Assembly (NCBI GenBank): GCA_032654565.1
Contig: JAULAX010000005.1
Coordinates: forward strand, 96,001-160,000
Reading direction: 5' to 3'
Source of the DNA: Anaeromyxobacteraceae bacterium
GTDB taxonomy: Bacteria > Myxococcota > Myxococcia > Myxococcales > Anaeromyxobacteraceae
Length of the DNA stretch: 64,000 nucleotides
In this document: positions 1-9,428 of the stretch, one piece after another
Position numbering within the stretch: position 1 is the first letter of the stretch
How the letters are laid out: the number at the start of each line of letters is the position of its first letter
Program-made: the position numbers and the translations under genes
Notes under the pieces: generated by a model
What the model was told of the DNA's origin: nothing
The model's input: the letters and a program-made list of their open reading frames with translations, nothing else
The model's database searches: none

Positions 1-1703
1 GCGTGCAGGATGGTGCTGACCTTGGCGCCGACGTCGATGCCCACCTCGTCGAGCAGGGTGATGGGGCCGACCGGGTAGCCGTAGGCCACCAGCGCCGCGT
101 CCAGCTCGTCGATGGCCGCCCCCTCGGCCAGCAGCCAGGCGGCCTCGTTCATGTACGGCCCGAGCACCCGGTTGGTGTAGAAGCCGGGCACGTCGCCGAC
201 GATGATCACCGTCTTGCCCTGCCGCTTGCCGAGCGCCACCGCGGTGGCGATCACCTCTGGCGCGGTGCGCGGGGTGGCGATCACCTCCAGCAGCGGCATC
301 TTGTTGACCGGCGAGAAGTAGTGCATCCCGATCACCGCCTCGGGCCGGGCGGCGGCGCTGGCGATGTCGGCGATGGGGATCGACGAGGTGTTGGTGGCGA
401 AGATGCCTGCGGCGTTGACGGCCTCGAAGGCCTTGAGCATCTCCTGCTTCAGCGTCAGGTCCTCGAAGACCGCCTCGACCAGCACGTCGACGTGGGCCAG
501 GCCGTCCCAGCCGGTGGTGGTGGTGATGAGCCGCATGGCGGCGTCGCGGTCGAGCCGCTCCAGCGACCGGCGCTTGACCCGCTCGGCGAAGAGGCCGCCG
601 ACGTTGGCCAGGGCCCTGGCGGCCGCGGCGTCGTTCTGCTCGCGCAGCCGGACCGGGATGCCGGCGTTGACGGTGACGTAGGCGATGCCCCCGCCCATCA
701 GCCCGCCGCCCAGCACCCCGACCCGCTCCACGGTGCGGGCCTTCACCGAGGGATCGGCGACGCCGCTCTCCCGCTTCATGGCGGTCTGGGCGAAGAAGAT
801 CTCCACCAGCCGCCGGGAGACCTCGCTCACCGCCAGCTTCCCGAAGGCGGTGGCCTCGGCGGCCTGCCCGGCCGCCAGCCCCTGGGCGGCGCCGACGCGG
901 ATGGCCTCCAGCGCCAGCTCCGGGGCCGGGTAGTTGCCCCTGGTCTTCTTGAGCAGCTGCTCCCGGGCCTTGGAGAAGAGCACGGCGCGGCCGATGGGGT
1001 TCGACTCCAGCAGCGCCGCCTGCGCCGCCGCCAGTCCGGCCGGCGGGCGCGGCATGGGGCGCAGCGGCCTGAGGCTGCCGTCGGCGAGGGCGCGGGCCCG
1101 CTCCGCCGCCACCCGGCGCAGGATGGGGGCCGGGCAGGCCTCGTCGACGATCCCCAGCGAGAGGGCCTTCTTCACCTTCACGGTCTTGCCGGCGAGGATC
1201 AGGTCGAGGGCGTTGGCGATGCCGATGAGGCGGGGCAGGCGCTGGGTGCCGCCGGCGCCGGGGAGCAGGCCGAGCTGCACCTCGGGGAGGCCGAGCTGGG
1301 TCTTCGGGTCGTTGCTGGCGACGCGGTAGGTGCAGGCCAGCGCCCACTCCAGCCCGCCGCCCAGGCAGGCGCCGTGGATGGCCGCCACCACCGGCTTCGG
1401 GTAGGCCTCGAGCCGGTCGAAGCCGGCCTGCCCCTGGCGGGAGAGGTCCTCGGCCTCGGCGGCGCTCTTCACCGCCCGGATCATCTCGATGCGGGCCCCG
1501 GCGATGAAGCCGTCGCGCTTGCCGGAGGCCAGCACGATGGCCTTCACGGCCGGGTCGCGCTCGTAGCGGGTGAGCAGGGCGTCGAACTCGGCGCCGACGT
1601 CGGGCGAGAGGGTGTTGACGGTCTCGCCGGGGAGATCGAGGAGCAGGGTGGCGATGCCGTCGGCGAGCTCGACGGTGAAGCACTTCGGGGCGGCCGTGGT
1701 CAT
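1..1703 (-). CDS. fadJ: Fatty acid oxidation complex alpha subunit (enoyl-CoA hydratase/3-hydroxyacyl-CoA dehydrogenase), 3' end outside the window
   Basis: Manual translation from ATG at 1703 (GGAG RBS): [30 protein letters not shown], then [34 protein letters not shown] and the Rossmann motif [12 protein letters not shown]. Lies directly downstream of a thiolase. Not in the ORF track. Confidence 0.9.
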   Translation of the reverse strand, partial: MTTAAPKCFTVELADGIATLLLDLPGETVNTLSPDVGAEFDALLTRYERDPAVKAIVLASGKRDGFIAGARIEMIRAVKSAAEAEDLSRQGQAGFDRLEAYPKPVVAAIHGACLGGGLEWALACTYRVASNDPKTQLGLPEVQLGLLPGAGGTQRLPRLIGIANALDLILAGKTVKVKKALSLGIVDEACPAPILRRVAAERARALADGSLRPLRPMPRPPAGLAAAQAALLESNPIGRAVLFSKAREQLLKKTRGNYPAPELALEAIRVGAAQGLAAGQAAEATAFGKLAVSEVSRRLVEIFFAQTAMKRESGVADPSVKARTVERVGVLGGGLMGGGIAYVTVNAGIPVRLREQNDAAAARALANVGGLFAERVKRRSLERLDRDAAMRLITTTTGWDGLAHVDVLVEAVFEDLTLKQEMLKAFEAVNAAGIFATNTSSIPIADIASAAARPEAVIGMHYFSPVNKMPLLEVIATPRTAPEVIATAVALGKRQGKTVIIVGDVPGFYTNRVLGPYMNEAAWLLAEGAAIDELDAALVAYGYPVGPITLLDEVGIDVGAKVSTILH

Positions 1704-1731
1704 GGGGGTGGTCTCCAGGGAGGCGGGCGCG

Positions 1732-3039
1732 CTACTCGCGCTCCAGCACCACCGCCGCGCCCAGCGCGCCGGCGGCACAGATGGTGATCAGCGCGTACTG
1801 CTTGCGGCGGCGCTGCAGCTCGCGGAGCGTCTGGGTGATCATGCGGGCGCCGGTGGCGGCGAAGGGGTGGCCGAGCGCGATCGATCCGCCGTTGACGTTG
1901 AGCCTGGCCGGGTCGACCTCGCCGAGCGGCGCCTGGCGGCGCAGCTCCTTCTCGGCGAAGGCCTTGCTGGCGAAGGCCTGCAGGTTGGAGAGCACCTGGG
2001 CGGCGAAGGCCTCGTGCATGTCCACCAGGTCCATGTCCTGCAGCGTCAGCCCGGCCCGGTCGAGGGCGATGGGGGCGGCGTAGGCCGGCCCCTGCAGCAG
2101 CTGGTCGCGGGGGTCGAGGCCGGCGTAGCCGTAGCTGCGGATGTAGCCGAGCGGCGTCAGGCCCAGCGCCTTGGCCTTCTCCTCGGCCATGACGATGACC
2201 GCGGCGGCGCCGTCGGTGAGCGGCGAGGCGTTGCCGGCGGTGACCGTGCCGTACTTCCGGTCGAAGACCGGCTTGAGCGCGGCGAGGGCGTCGAGGGTGG
2301 TGTCGGCGCGGACGATGTTGTCCTTGGCCGAGACCCGCTCGAAGCGCGGCGGCACCGCCACGTGCATCACCTCGGCGTCGAAGGCGCCGCTGGCCCAGGC
2401 GGCGGCGGCCCGCTGGTGGGAGAGCGCCGCCAGCTCGTCCTGGGCCCGGCGGGAGATGCCGTTCTTCTGGGCCATCTGCTCGGCGCTCTGGCCCATGGAG
2501 AGCCCGGTGGTGGGCTCGGTCAGGGCCGGCGGCTCGGGGCGCAGGTCGGCGAGCTGCAGCGAGGTGATGATGGAGAGCCGCTGCGAGAGGCTGCGGGCCT
2601 TGGAGAGCTCCACCAGCTTCTGGGCCAGGCGGCGGGAGGCGAAGATGGGGGCGTCGGAGATCGACTCGGCGCCGCCGGCGAGGGCGCAGTCGGCGTGGCC
2701 GAGCGCGATCTGGTCGGCGGCGCTGGTGGCGGCCTGCAGCGAGGTGGCGCAGGCGCGGGAGACGGTGTGGGCCTCCACGGAGCGGGGGAGCTGGGAGCGG
2801 AGCACCATCTCCCGGCCGATCAGCGTCACCAGCTTGGAGGGGACCACCTGGCCGAAGGTGACCATGTCGAAGGTGCTGGGCGGCAGGCCGGAGCGGGCCA
2901 CCAGCTCGTTGACCACCAGGGCCCCGAGGTCGATGGCCGAGAGGTCCTTGAAGTCGGAGCCCGCCTTGACGAACGGGGTGCGGAGCCCGGCGATGACCGC
3001 CGCGCGACGTCCGGGGCGGAGGGGATCGGAGATGGCCAT
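1732..3039 (-). CDS. fadI: Acetyl-CoA C-acyltransferase (thiolase), FadI type
   Basis: VSRACATS catalytic Cys, NASPLTDGA, HEAFA, GGSIALGHPFAATG and terminal CAAG motifs. Confidence 0.92.
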   Translation of the reverse strand: MAISDPLRPGRRAAVIAGLRTPFVKAGSDFKDLSAIDLGALVVNELVARSGLPPSTFDMVTFGQVVPSKLVTLIGREMVLRSQLPRSVEAHTVSRACATSLQAATSAADQIALGHADCALAGGAESISDAPIFASRRLAQKLVELSKARSLSQRLSIITSLQLADLRPEPPALTEPTTGLSMGQSAEQMAQKNGISRRAQDELAALSHQRAAAAWASGAFDAEVMHVAVPPRFERVSAKDNIVRADTTLDALAALKPVFDRKYGTVTAGNASPLTDGAAAVIVMAEEKAKALGLTPLGYIRSYGYAGLDPRDQLLQGPAYAAPIALDRAGLTLQDMDLVDMHEAFAAQVLSNLQAFASKAFAEKELRRQAPLGEVDPARLNVNGGSIALGHPFAATGARMITQTLRELQRRRKQYALITICAAGALGAAVVLERE

Positions 3040-3167
3040 GTGGACCCTCGTTGATTCTGGAATCGGTCGGTGGTCCGTCCTGTGTAGCGGTCTCGCCGCG
3101 AGGCGTCAACCCATGAGCGCCGCTTTCTCTCCTTGCGCCACCGGGTCGAGGAGGCCAGCATCACCGC

Positions 3168-3647
3168 ATGAAGCGGAGCCGCGAACTCAGGCCGCTCTCG
3201 TCGGAGCACCACCAGGCGCTCCTCGTCGCCTTCCAGGTGAAGAAGGCGCTCGAGGGCCACCCCGAGGCGGCCGGCGCGCCCCGCGACCTGCCCGGGCTGC
3301 TGTCGCTGGCGCGGCGCTTCGAGGGGCAGGTCTTCACGCCCCACGCCGCGGCCGAGGAGGCGCTGCTGGGCGGCCACCTGGCCGGGGACGACCGGCGGCG
3401 GCTGTCGGCGGAGCACATCGAGCTGAAGGAGCTGGTGGAGCACGCCCGCACCGCGGCCCCCGGGGAGCAGCGGGCGGCGCTGGCGGCCTTCGCCGACCTG
3501 CTGGAGCGCCACGTCCGCTGGGAGGAGCGCGAGCTCTTCCCCTACGCCGAGGCCCACCTGGACGCCGCGGCGCTGGCGGTGATCGGCGGCGAGCTGGAGC
3601 TGCGGCTGGTGCTGGCCGGCCAGGGGTCGAAGGGCGCGCGGCGCTGA
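3168..3647 (+). CDS. Hemerythrin-like (HHE) domain protein
   Basis: MKRSRELRPLSSEHH start; HxxxEE and ERHVRWEERELFP His/Glu patterns. Confidence 0.75.
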   Translation: MKRSRELRPLSSEHHQALLVAFQVKKALEGHPEAAGAPRDLPGLLSLARRFEGQVFTPHAAAEEALLGGHLAGDDRRRLSAEHIELKELVEHARTAAPGEQRAALAAFADLLERHVRWEERELFPYAEAHLDAAALAVIGGELELRLVLAGQGSKGARR

Positions 3648-3719
3648 GGTGGGGCCCGTGCCACGGTCGACCGCGGCCCCGGCCGTGCCGTTGCGCGCGC
3701 GGCGGCCGGGCCGTACCTT

Positions 3720-4715
3720 GTGGCCACCGTGATCGAGGTCCGCGAGCTGCAGAAGCACTACCAGGTCCACCAGCGCCAGCCAGGCCTCGGCGCTGCGCTG
3801 GCCTCGGTCTTCCGCCGCAGGTACCAGACGGTGAAGGCGGTCGACGGCCTCTCATTCACGGTTCGTGAAGGAGAGCGGGTCGGCTTCCTCGGCCCCAACG
3901 GCGCCGGAAAGACCACCACCCTCAAGATCCTGTCCGGCCTGCTCCACCCCACGGCCGGCGAGGTGACGGTGGGCGGCCGCCGGCCCCAGCTGCGGGAGAC
4001 CGAGTTCCTCAAGTCGATCACCCTGGTGATGGGGCAGAAGCAGCAGCTGATCTGGGACCTGCCGCCGGCCGAGACCTTCGCGCTCAACCGCGCCATCTAC
4101 GACCTGCCCCGGGCCCAGTTCGAGGAGACGCTGGGCGAGCTGTCGCGACTGCTGGAGCTGGGGGACCTGGTCAGCCGGCCCACCCGGCAGCTCAGCCTGG
4201 GGGAGCGGATGAAGTGCGAGCTGGCGGCGGCGCTGCTGCACCGGCCGCGGGTGCTCTTCCTCGACGAGCCCACCATCGGGCTCGACGTCTCCATGCAGGG
4301 CACGGTGCGCGGCTTCATCAAGGCCTACAACGAGCGGTTCGGCGCCACCGTCATCCTCACCAGCCACTACATGGAGGACGTGGTGCAGCTCTGTCCGCGG
4401 GTGGTGGTGATCGACAAGGGGCGGCTCATCCACGACGGCGACCTGCGCGAGCTGACGCTGCGGCTCAAGCCGGACAAGCGCATCTCGCTGCGCTTCACCG
4501 GGGCGGCGCCGGCGGCGGCCGAGCTGGCCCGCTTCGGCGAGGTGGTGTCGGCCGACGGGGTCCGGGCGGTGGTGCAGGTGAAGGCCGAGCAGGTGGCCGG
4601 GGCGGTGGGGGCGCTGCTGGCGGCGCTTCCGGTGGCCGACCTGACCGTGGAGGATCCGCCGCTCGAGGAGGTGATGAAGGAGCTCTTCGAGCGGGGACGG
4701 GCAGGAGCGGAGTAG
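3720..4715 (+). CDS. ABC-2-type exporter ATP-binding subunit
   Basis: Walker A GPNGAGKT, signature LSLGE, Walker B LFLDEPT, switch TSH. Confidence 0.92.
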   Translation: MATVIEVRELQKHYQVHQRQPGLGAALASVFRRRYQTVKAVDGLSFTVREGERVGFLGPNGAGKTTTLKILSGLLHPTAGEVTVGGRRPQLRETEFLKSITLVMGQKQQLIWDLPPAETFALNRAIYDLPRAQFEETLGELSRLLELGDLVSRPTRQLSLGERMKCELAAALLHRPRVLFLDEPTIGLDVSMQGTVRGFIKAYNERFGATVILTSHYMEDVVQLCPRVVVIDKGRLIHDGDLRELTLRLKPDKRISLRFTGAAPAAAELARFGEVVSADGVRAVVQVKAEQVAGAVGALLAALPVADLTVEDPPLEEVMKELFERGRAGAE

Positions 4716-4721
4716 GCCCGG

Positions 4722-4735
4722 TCCCGACCGAGAGT
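4722..4735 (+). repeat. Left copy of a transposase-flanking repeat (TCCCGACCGAGAGT)
   Basis: Exact reverse complement of 5961-5974; motif shared with the cluster at 32213-32342. Confidence 0.75.
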
Positions 4736-4736
4736 A

Positions 4737-4770
4737 CCGCGGGACGGCCGGGGGTCCGCGGGACGGCCGG
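4737..4770. repeat. 15-bp direct repeat CCGCGGGACGGCCGG, two copies
   Basis: Identical copies at 4737-4751 and 4756-4770. Confidence 0.8.
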
Positions 4771-4810
4771 TGACGGCTGAGGAAAACCCAAAGGGAATGC
4801 GGGGCTCCGG

Positions 4811-4825
4811 TGGCACGGGGCCTGC
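4811..4825 (+). promoter_or_regulatory. Putative sigma54 (-24/-12) promoter upstream of the transposase
   Basis: TGGCACGGGGCCTGC has GG-N10-GC spacing with a consensus TGGCACG half-site; ends 13 nt before the ATG at 4839. Confidence 0.6.
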
Positions 4826-4838
4826 CTTACCCAGAGGC

Positions 4839-5723
4839 ATGACCGCCCCCCGACAGGTCCTCCCCGGCACCACCTACCTCGTCACCCGCCGCTGCACCCA
4901 GCGCCAGTTCCTCCTTCGCCCCTCCAGGCCGGCCAGCCAGGTCTTCCTCTACCTCCTCGCGGTCGCCGCCGAGCGCTACGGCATCGAGGTCCACGCCTAC
5001 TGCGTCATGTCGAACCACTACCACCTGGTGGTGACCGACCCCCACGCCCGCCTCCCGCTGTTCCACCTCTTCCTCGACGGCCTCGCCGGCCGGGCCCTCA
5101 ACGCCCTGCTCGGTCGTCGCGAGGACTTCTGGGGCCCCGACAGCTACAGCGCCGTCGAGCTGGCCAGCCCGCAGGCCGTCGTCGACAAGGCCGCCTACAC
5201 CCTGGCCAACCCGGTGGCGGCCGGGCTGGTCCGGTCGGCCCGTCGCTGGCCGGGGCTCTGGTCATCGCCTGACGAGGTGGGAGCAACCGGGCGCCAGGTG
5301 AAGCGCCCCACCCACTTCTTCGACCAGAAGGGGACCATGCCCGAGTCGGCGACCCTCACGCTCACCACCCCGCCCGGGTTTCCCACCGCCGCCGCGTTCC
5401 GGGACCGGCTCTCCGCCGCGCTCGCAGAGCGGGAGGCCGTGGCGGTGAAGAAGGTCGGCACCTTCCTCGGCGTGGCCAAGGTGCTGGCGCAGAAGACCAC
5501 CGCCCGAGCCAGGGAGCCGCAGCCGCTCGGCCAGCTCAACCCGAGGGTGGCGGCGCGCGACAGGTGGAAGCGGATCGAGGCGCTGGGCAGGCTGGTGGGC
5601 TTCCTCGCCGACTACCGGGCGGCGTTGCACCAGTGGCGCGCCGGCAACAGGAGCGCCGTCTTCCCTGCCGGCACCTACCTGATGCGGGTCGCCTGCGGTG
5701 TCGCCTGCGCCGGCGCTGGTTAG
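4839..5723 (+). CDS. HUH/Y1 tyrosine transposase, RAYT (REP-associated)/IS200-like, with a long C-terminal extension
   Basis: TYLVTRRC N-terminus, HAYCVMSNHYHLVV HUH motif, YTLANPVAAGLV containing the catalytic Tyr, then WPGLWSS. Confidence 0.88.
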   Translation: MTAPRQVLPGTTYLVTRRCTQRQFLLRPSRPASQVFLYLLAVAAERYGIEVHAYCVMSNHYHLVVTDPHARLPLFHLFLDGLAGRALNALLGRREDFWGPDSYSAVELASPQAVVDKAAYTLANPVAAGLVRSARRWPGLWSSPDEVGATGRQVKRPTHFFDQKGTMPESATLTLTTPPGFPTAAAFRDRLSAALAEREAVAVKKVGTFLGVAKVLAQKTTARAREPQPLGQLNPRVAARDRWKRIEALGRLVGFLADYRAALHQWRAGNRSAVFPAGTYLMRVACGVACAGAG

Positions 5724-5960
5724 CCGCGACGACCACGCGGGCCTCACCACCCTCGCCACCAGCAGTCTCCGGGAGCCACCCAGGCCTCGAGGGGCCGAGG
5801 CGTGTGCCCCTGCCCTCACCGAGCGCTTCTGGCAGCCCGACGCGCTGCGGCCTCAACCCCCGCTGAGGCACCACCTCACCACCTCGGCGCCTCCCTGACC
5901 AACGATCGCGGCCCCGGATCCCCAACGGCCCCTGGCCGAGGCCGGCCTCGCCAGGCCCGA

Positions 5961-6015
5961 ACTCTCGGTCGGGAACACACTCGGTCGTGTCCCGAATGCT
6001 TACCCTCGGACGGGA
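5961..6015 (-). repeat. Three right-hand inverted copies of the transposase-flanking repeat
   Basis: Reverse complements are TCCCGACCGAGAGT (5961-5974), CGACCGAGTGT (5977-5987) and TCCCGTCCGAGGGTAA (6000-6015). Confidence 0.7.
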
Positions 6016-6059
6016 AGGAGAGAGGGGAGAGGGGAGAGGAGGAGGGAGGGGAGGGCGCC

Positions 6060-7334
6060 TCACCGCCCCGGCGCCGCCCGCTCCACCCAGACCTCGACCA
6101 GGTGGCGGGCCACCAGCGCCGCCTTCTCCAGCCCCTCCACCGACAGCCACTCGGTCGGCCCGTGGAAGTTGTGGCCGCCGGCGAAGAGGTTGGGCGTGGG
6201 CAGCCCCATGGCGGTGAGCCGCGAGCCGTCGGTGCCGCCGCGGATGGGCACCCAGCGCGGCTTCACCCCGGCCCGGCGCGTCGCCTCCTCCAGCGCCTCG
6301 GTCACCTCCGGCACCTGCCGCAGCCGGTCGCGCATGTTCCGGTAGGTCGGCTTCACCTCCAGCTCGATGCGGGCGCCGGGGTGGAGCGGCCGCACCTCCT
6401 TGAGGATCCCCTCCAGCAGCTTCCGCTGCTGCCTCAGCCCCGCCTCGTCGAAGTCGCGCAGCAGCAGCTTCACCGACGCCAGCGCCTCCTCGCCGCCGGC
6501 GGTGTGCGGGTGGATGAACCCCTGGTGACCCTCGGTGCGCTCCGGCGACAGGTCCCGCGGCAGCCGGACGATGACGTCGGCCAGCACCCGCAGGGCGTTG
6601 ACCATCACCCCCTTGGCCTCGCCGGGGTGGATGTTGCGTCCGTGGACGGTGATGGTGGCGCCGTCGGCGCTGAAGGTCTCCTTGTTCAGCTCCCCGGTCG
6701 CCCCGCCGTCGACGGTGTAAGCCACGTCGGCGCCGAACCGGGCCAGGTCGAAGTGGGCGGTGCCACGCCCCACCTCCTCGTCCGGCGTGAAGGCCAGCTG
6801 CACGTCGCCGTGGAGCGGCGCCCCCGGTCCGCAGAGCTGCTCGGCCAGCGCCATGATGGCGGCGATGCCGGCCTTGTCGTCGGCGCCCAGCAGCGTGGTC
6901 CCGTCGGCGGTGACGATGCGCTTCCCCACCTGCCCCTTCAGCGCCGGGTTCTCCCGGGCCCGGATCACCACCCGCGGGTCGCCCGGCAGCTGGATGTCCC
7001 CGCCCCGGTAGGTGAAGACCCGCGGCTTGACGCCGGCCCCCGACGCCGACGGCGAGGTGTCGAGGTGGGCGATGAGGCCGACCCGCTTCACCCGGGCCCG
7101 GGCCGGGTGGCGGGGCGGCAGGTTGGACGGCAGGGTGGCCATCACGTAGCCGTGGGTGTCGAGCTTGACCCGCTTCACCCCCATGGCCTTGAGCTCCTTG
7201 ACCAGCAGCCGGGCCAGGTCGAGCTGGGTGCGGGTGCTCGGCACCCCCGCCGCGTCCTCGGCCGACTGGGTGTCGATGCGGGCGTAGCGGAGGAAGCGAT
7301 CGAGGACGGGCTCGAGGCGGCTGGCGGACTTCAC
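6060..7334 (-). CDS. pepT: Peptidase T (tripeptide aminopeptidase, M20B)
   Basis: RFLRYARIDTQS, AHLDTS, LGADDKAG, TPDEEVG and IRGGTDG motifs; GTG start overlaps the OPT stop codon (GTGA). Confidence 0.93.
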   Translation of the reverse strand: MKSASRLEPVLDRFLRYARIDTQSAEDAAGVPSTRTQLDLARLLVKELKAMGVKRVKLDTHGYVMATLPSNLPPRHPARARVKRVGLIAHLDTSPSASGAGVKPRVFTYRGGDIQLPGDPRVVIRARENPALKGQVGKRIVTADGTTLLGADDKAGIAAIMALAEQLCGPGAPLHGDVQLAFTPDEEVGRGTAHFDLARFGADVAYTVDGGATGELNKETFSADGATITVHGRNIHPGEAKGVMVNALRVLADVIVRLPRDLSPERTEGHQGFIHPHTAGGEEALASVKLLLRDFDEAGLRQQRKLLEGILKEVRPLHPGARIELEVKPTYRNMRDRLRQVPEVTEALEEATRRAGVKPRWVPIRGGTDGSRLTAMGLPTPNLFAGGHNFHGPTEWLSVEGLEKAALVARHLVEVWVERAAPGR

Positions 7335-9415
7335 GGTGTCGGGTTCCCCTCCGGCGCGGCGCGCCGGCTGACTGTGTAGACTCCGAGTGACAGGAGGGCG
7401 AAGGCGAGCAGGCCGCTCCAGTTGGACCACCCCGCCAGCCACGGGCCGACCCCGGGCAGGCGGGTCAGCTCGGGCACCAGGGTGGCGCCGGTCCGGTCCT
7501 CGACGAACTTGAGCAGGGCGGCGAACACGCCCACCAGCGCCCCGCCGGCGATGAAGCCGGAGGCGATCAGCGTCCCCTGGTCGTGGCGGGCCGCGGCCAC
7601 CGCCCCGTCGCCGGACGACCGGCGCAGCAGCCAGGCCACCGCCGCCCCCACCACCAGCGGCGAGTTGAGCTCCATGGGCAGGTACATGCCGAGGGCGAAG
7701 GCCAGCCCGGAGACGCTGCACAGCTCCAGGGCCACGGCGAAGACCGCGCCCACCGCGTAGAGGAACCAGGGGGCGCCCTCGCTCCCCATCACCCCGCGCA
7801 GCACCGCCGCCATGGCGTTGGGCTGGGGCGCCGGCAGGGCCGCCGGGTGGGCGGCGTCGGGGGTGAAGCCGTAGACGCTGGCCATCAGCATGATCACCGC
7901 GGTGGTGGCGGCCGAGGCCACCACCGACCCGAGGATGTTGGCCACCTCGATGGTGCGCGGCGTGGCCCCCAGCCAGTGGCCGATCTTGTACTGCGTCACC
8001 AGCGAGCCGCTCATGGAGAGCGCGGTGCAGACCACGCCGCCGATGAGCAGCGTCTGCAGCATGCCGCTGGGGCCGGAGAGCCCCAGCGCCGAGAGGGCCA
8101 CCGCGGTGATGATCAGCGTGGTCAGCGTCATCCCGGAGATGGGGGTGATGGAGATGAGGGCGATGGCCCAGGCCGAGACGGCGGCGAAGAGGAAGGCCAC
8201 CCCCAGGGTCAGCGCGGTGGCCACCAGCGCCAGCGCCGTGGCCCGGGGCTCGCCGGCCAGCACCGAGAAGCGGAAGTAGGCGGCCACCGCCAACCCCACC
8301 GCGGCGATGCCGAGCAGGTCGACCGACATGGGGAGGGCGCGGTCGGTCCGCGCCGTCGCCGCCACCGCCCCGCCGCGGGCCAGCCGCGCCACCTCGGCCA
8401 CCGCCTGGCGACCGGCCTGGACGATCACCGGCGACATCTTGAGGATGGAGATGACCCCGGCCGCGAAGATGCCGCCGATGCCGATGGGGCGGACCCAGGT
8501 GGCGAAGATGGCCTCGGCCGGCATGCCGGCCAGCGGCACCGCGGCCGGCGGCAGGACCCCGGCCAGGTGCGGGCCGAACCAGGCGAAGAGCGGCACCAGC
8601 GCGAAGAAGGAGACCATCGAGCCGGCCAGGATGATGGCGGCGTAGTCGACCCCCATGATGTAGCCGAGGCCGAAGATGGCCGCCGAGGTGTTCATGGAGA
8701 AGACCGCCCGGGTCCGCTCGGTGAAGCCGGCCAGCGCCCCGATGGCGGCGGTGGAGAAGGTGTCGGCGAAGAGCTTCAGGCTGGGCCCGGCGAAGTCGTA
8801 GACCGCCGCCGTGGCCGCCGACCAGGCCAGCACCACGGCGCTGCGGCCGCCGCGGTTGCCGGCCACCAGGATCTCGGTGGTGGCCCGGGCCTCGGGGAAT
8901 GGCAGCCGGCCGTGCAGGTCGTGGGTGAAGTAGCGGCGGAAGGGGACCAGCAGGAACACCCCCAGCACCGCCCCCAGCAGCGGCACGATGAAGATCTGCC
9001 AGAAGCCGGAGCGCCCCTCCAGGCCGAGGATGTAGACCGCCGGCATGGTGAAGACCGAGCCGCCGGCGACGATGCCGGAGGTGGCGCCGATGGCCAGCAC
9101 GTTGACGTTCTCCAGCAGCGTCGAGGCCCGGCCCAGCGCCCGGGCCAGCACCGAGGAGAGGCCGACGGTGAGGATGGCGATGGGGATGGCCGACTCGATC
9201 CCCTGCCCCAGCTTGAGCGCGATGTAGGTGGCGGCGGCGGAGAAGACCGCCGACCAGATCACCCCCTGCACGATGGTGCGGGCGGTGACCTCGGGCGGCG
9301 AGGCGCTGGCGGGGACCAGCGGGTGGTAGACCTCGCCCGGCTCGAGCGGGCGGAAGGCGTTCTCCGGCAGGCCGGCCGGCGGGCCCCCGGCCTCGGCGTG
9401 GTCGGGCGGGCTCAT
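7331..9415 (-). CDS. OPT family oligopeptide transporter
   Basis: Many TM helices; YIALKLG, LPFPE, KIGHWLGATPR, APQ and LGMYLP motifs. Confidence 0.9.
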   Translation of the reverse strand: MSPPDHAEAGGPPAGLPENAFRPLEPGEVYHPLVPASASPPEVTARTIVQGVIWSAVFSAAATYIALKLGQGIESAIPIAILTVGLSSVLARALGRASTLLENVNVLAIGATSGIVAGGSVFTMPAVYILGLEGRSGFWQIFIVPLLGAVLGVFLLVPFRRYFTHDLHGRLPFPEARATTEILVAGNRGGRSAVVLAWSAATAAVYDFAGPSLKLFADTFSTAAIGALAGFTERTRAVFSMNTSAAIFGLGYIMGVDYAAIILAGSMVSFFALVPLFAWFGPHLAGVLPPAAVPLAGMPAEAIFATWVRPIGIGGIFAAGVISILKMSPVIVQAGRQAVAEVARLARGGAVAATARTDRALPMSVDLLGIAAVGLAVAAYFRFSVLAGEPRATALALVATALTLGVAFLFAAVSAWAIALISITPISGMTLTTLIITAVALSALGLSGPSGMLQTLLIGGVVCTALSMSGSLVTQYKIGHWLGATPRTIEVANILGSVVASAATTAVIMLMASVYGFTPDAAHPAALPAPQPNAMAAVLRGVMGSEGAPWFLYAVGAVFAVALELCSVSGLAFALGMYLPMELNSPLVVGAAVAWLLRRSSGDGAVAAARHDQGTLIASGFIAGGALVGVFAALLKFVEDRTGATLVPELTRLPGVGPWLAGWSNWSGLLAFALLSLGVYTVSRRAAPEGNPTP

Positions 9416-9428
9416 GGCGCCCCCGGCC

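Noticed and set aside
4839..5723. IS200/IS605 element with TnpB/IscB
   Set aside because: There is no adjacent RuvC-domain ORF; the protein length and flanking repeats fit a RAYT-like gene better.
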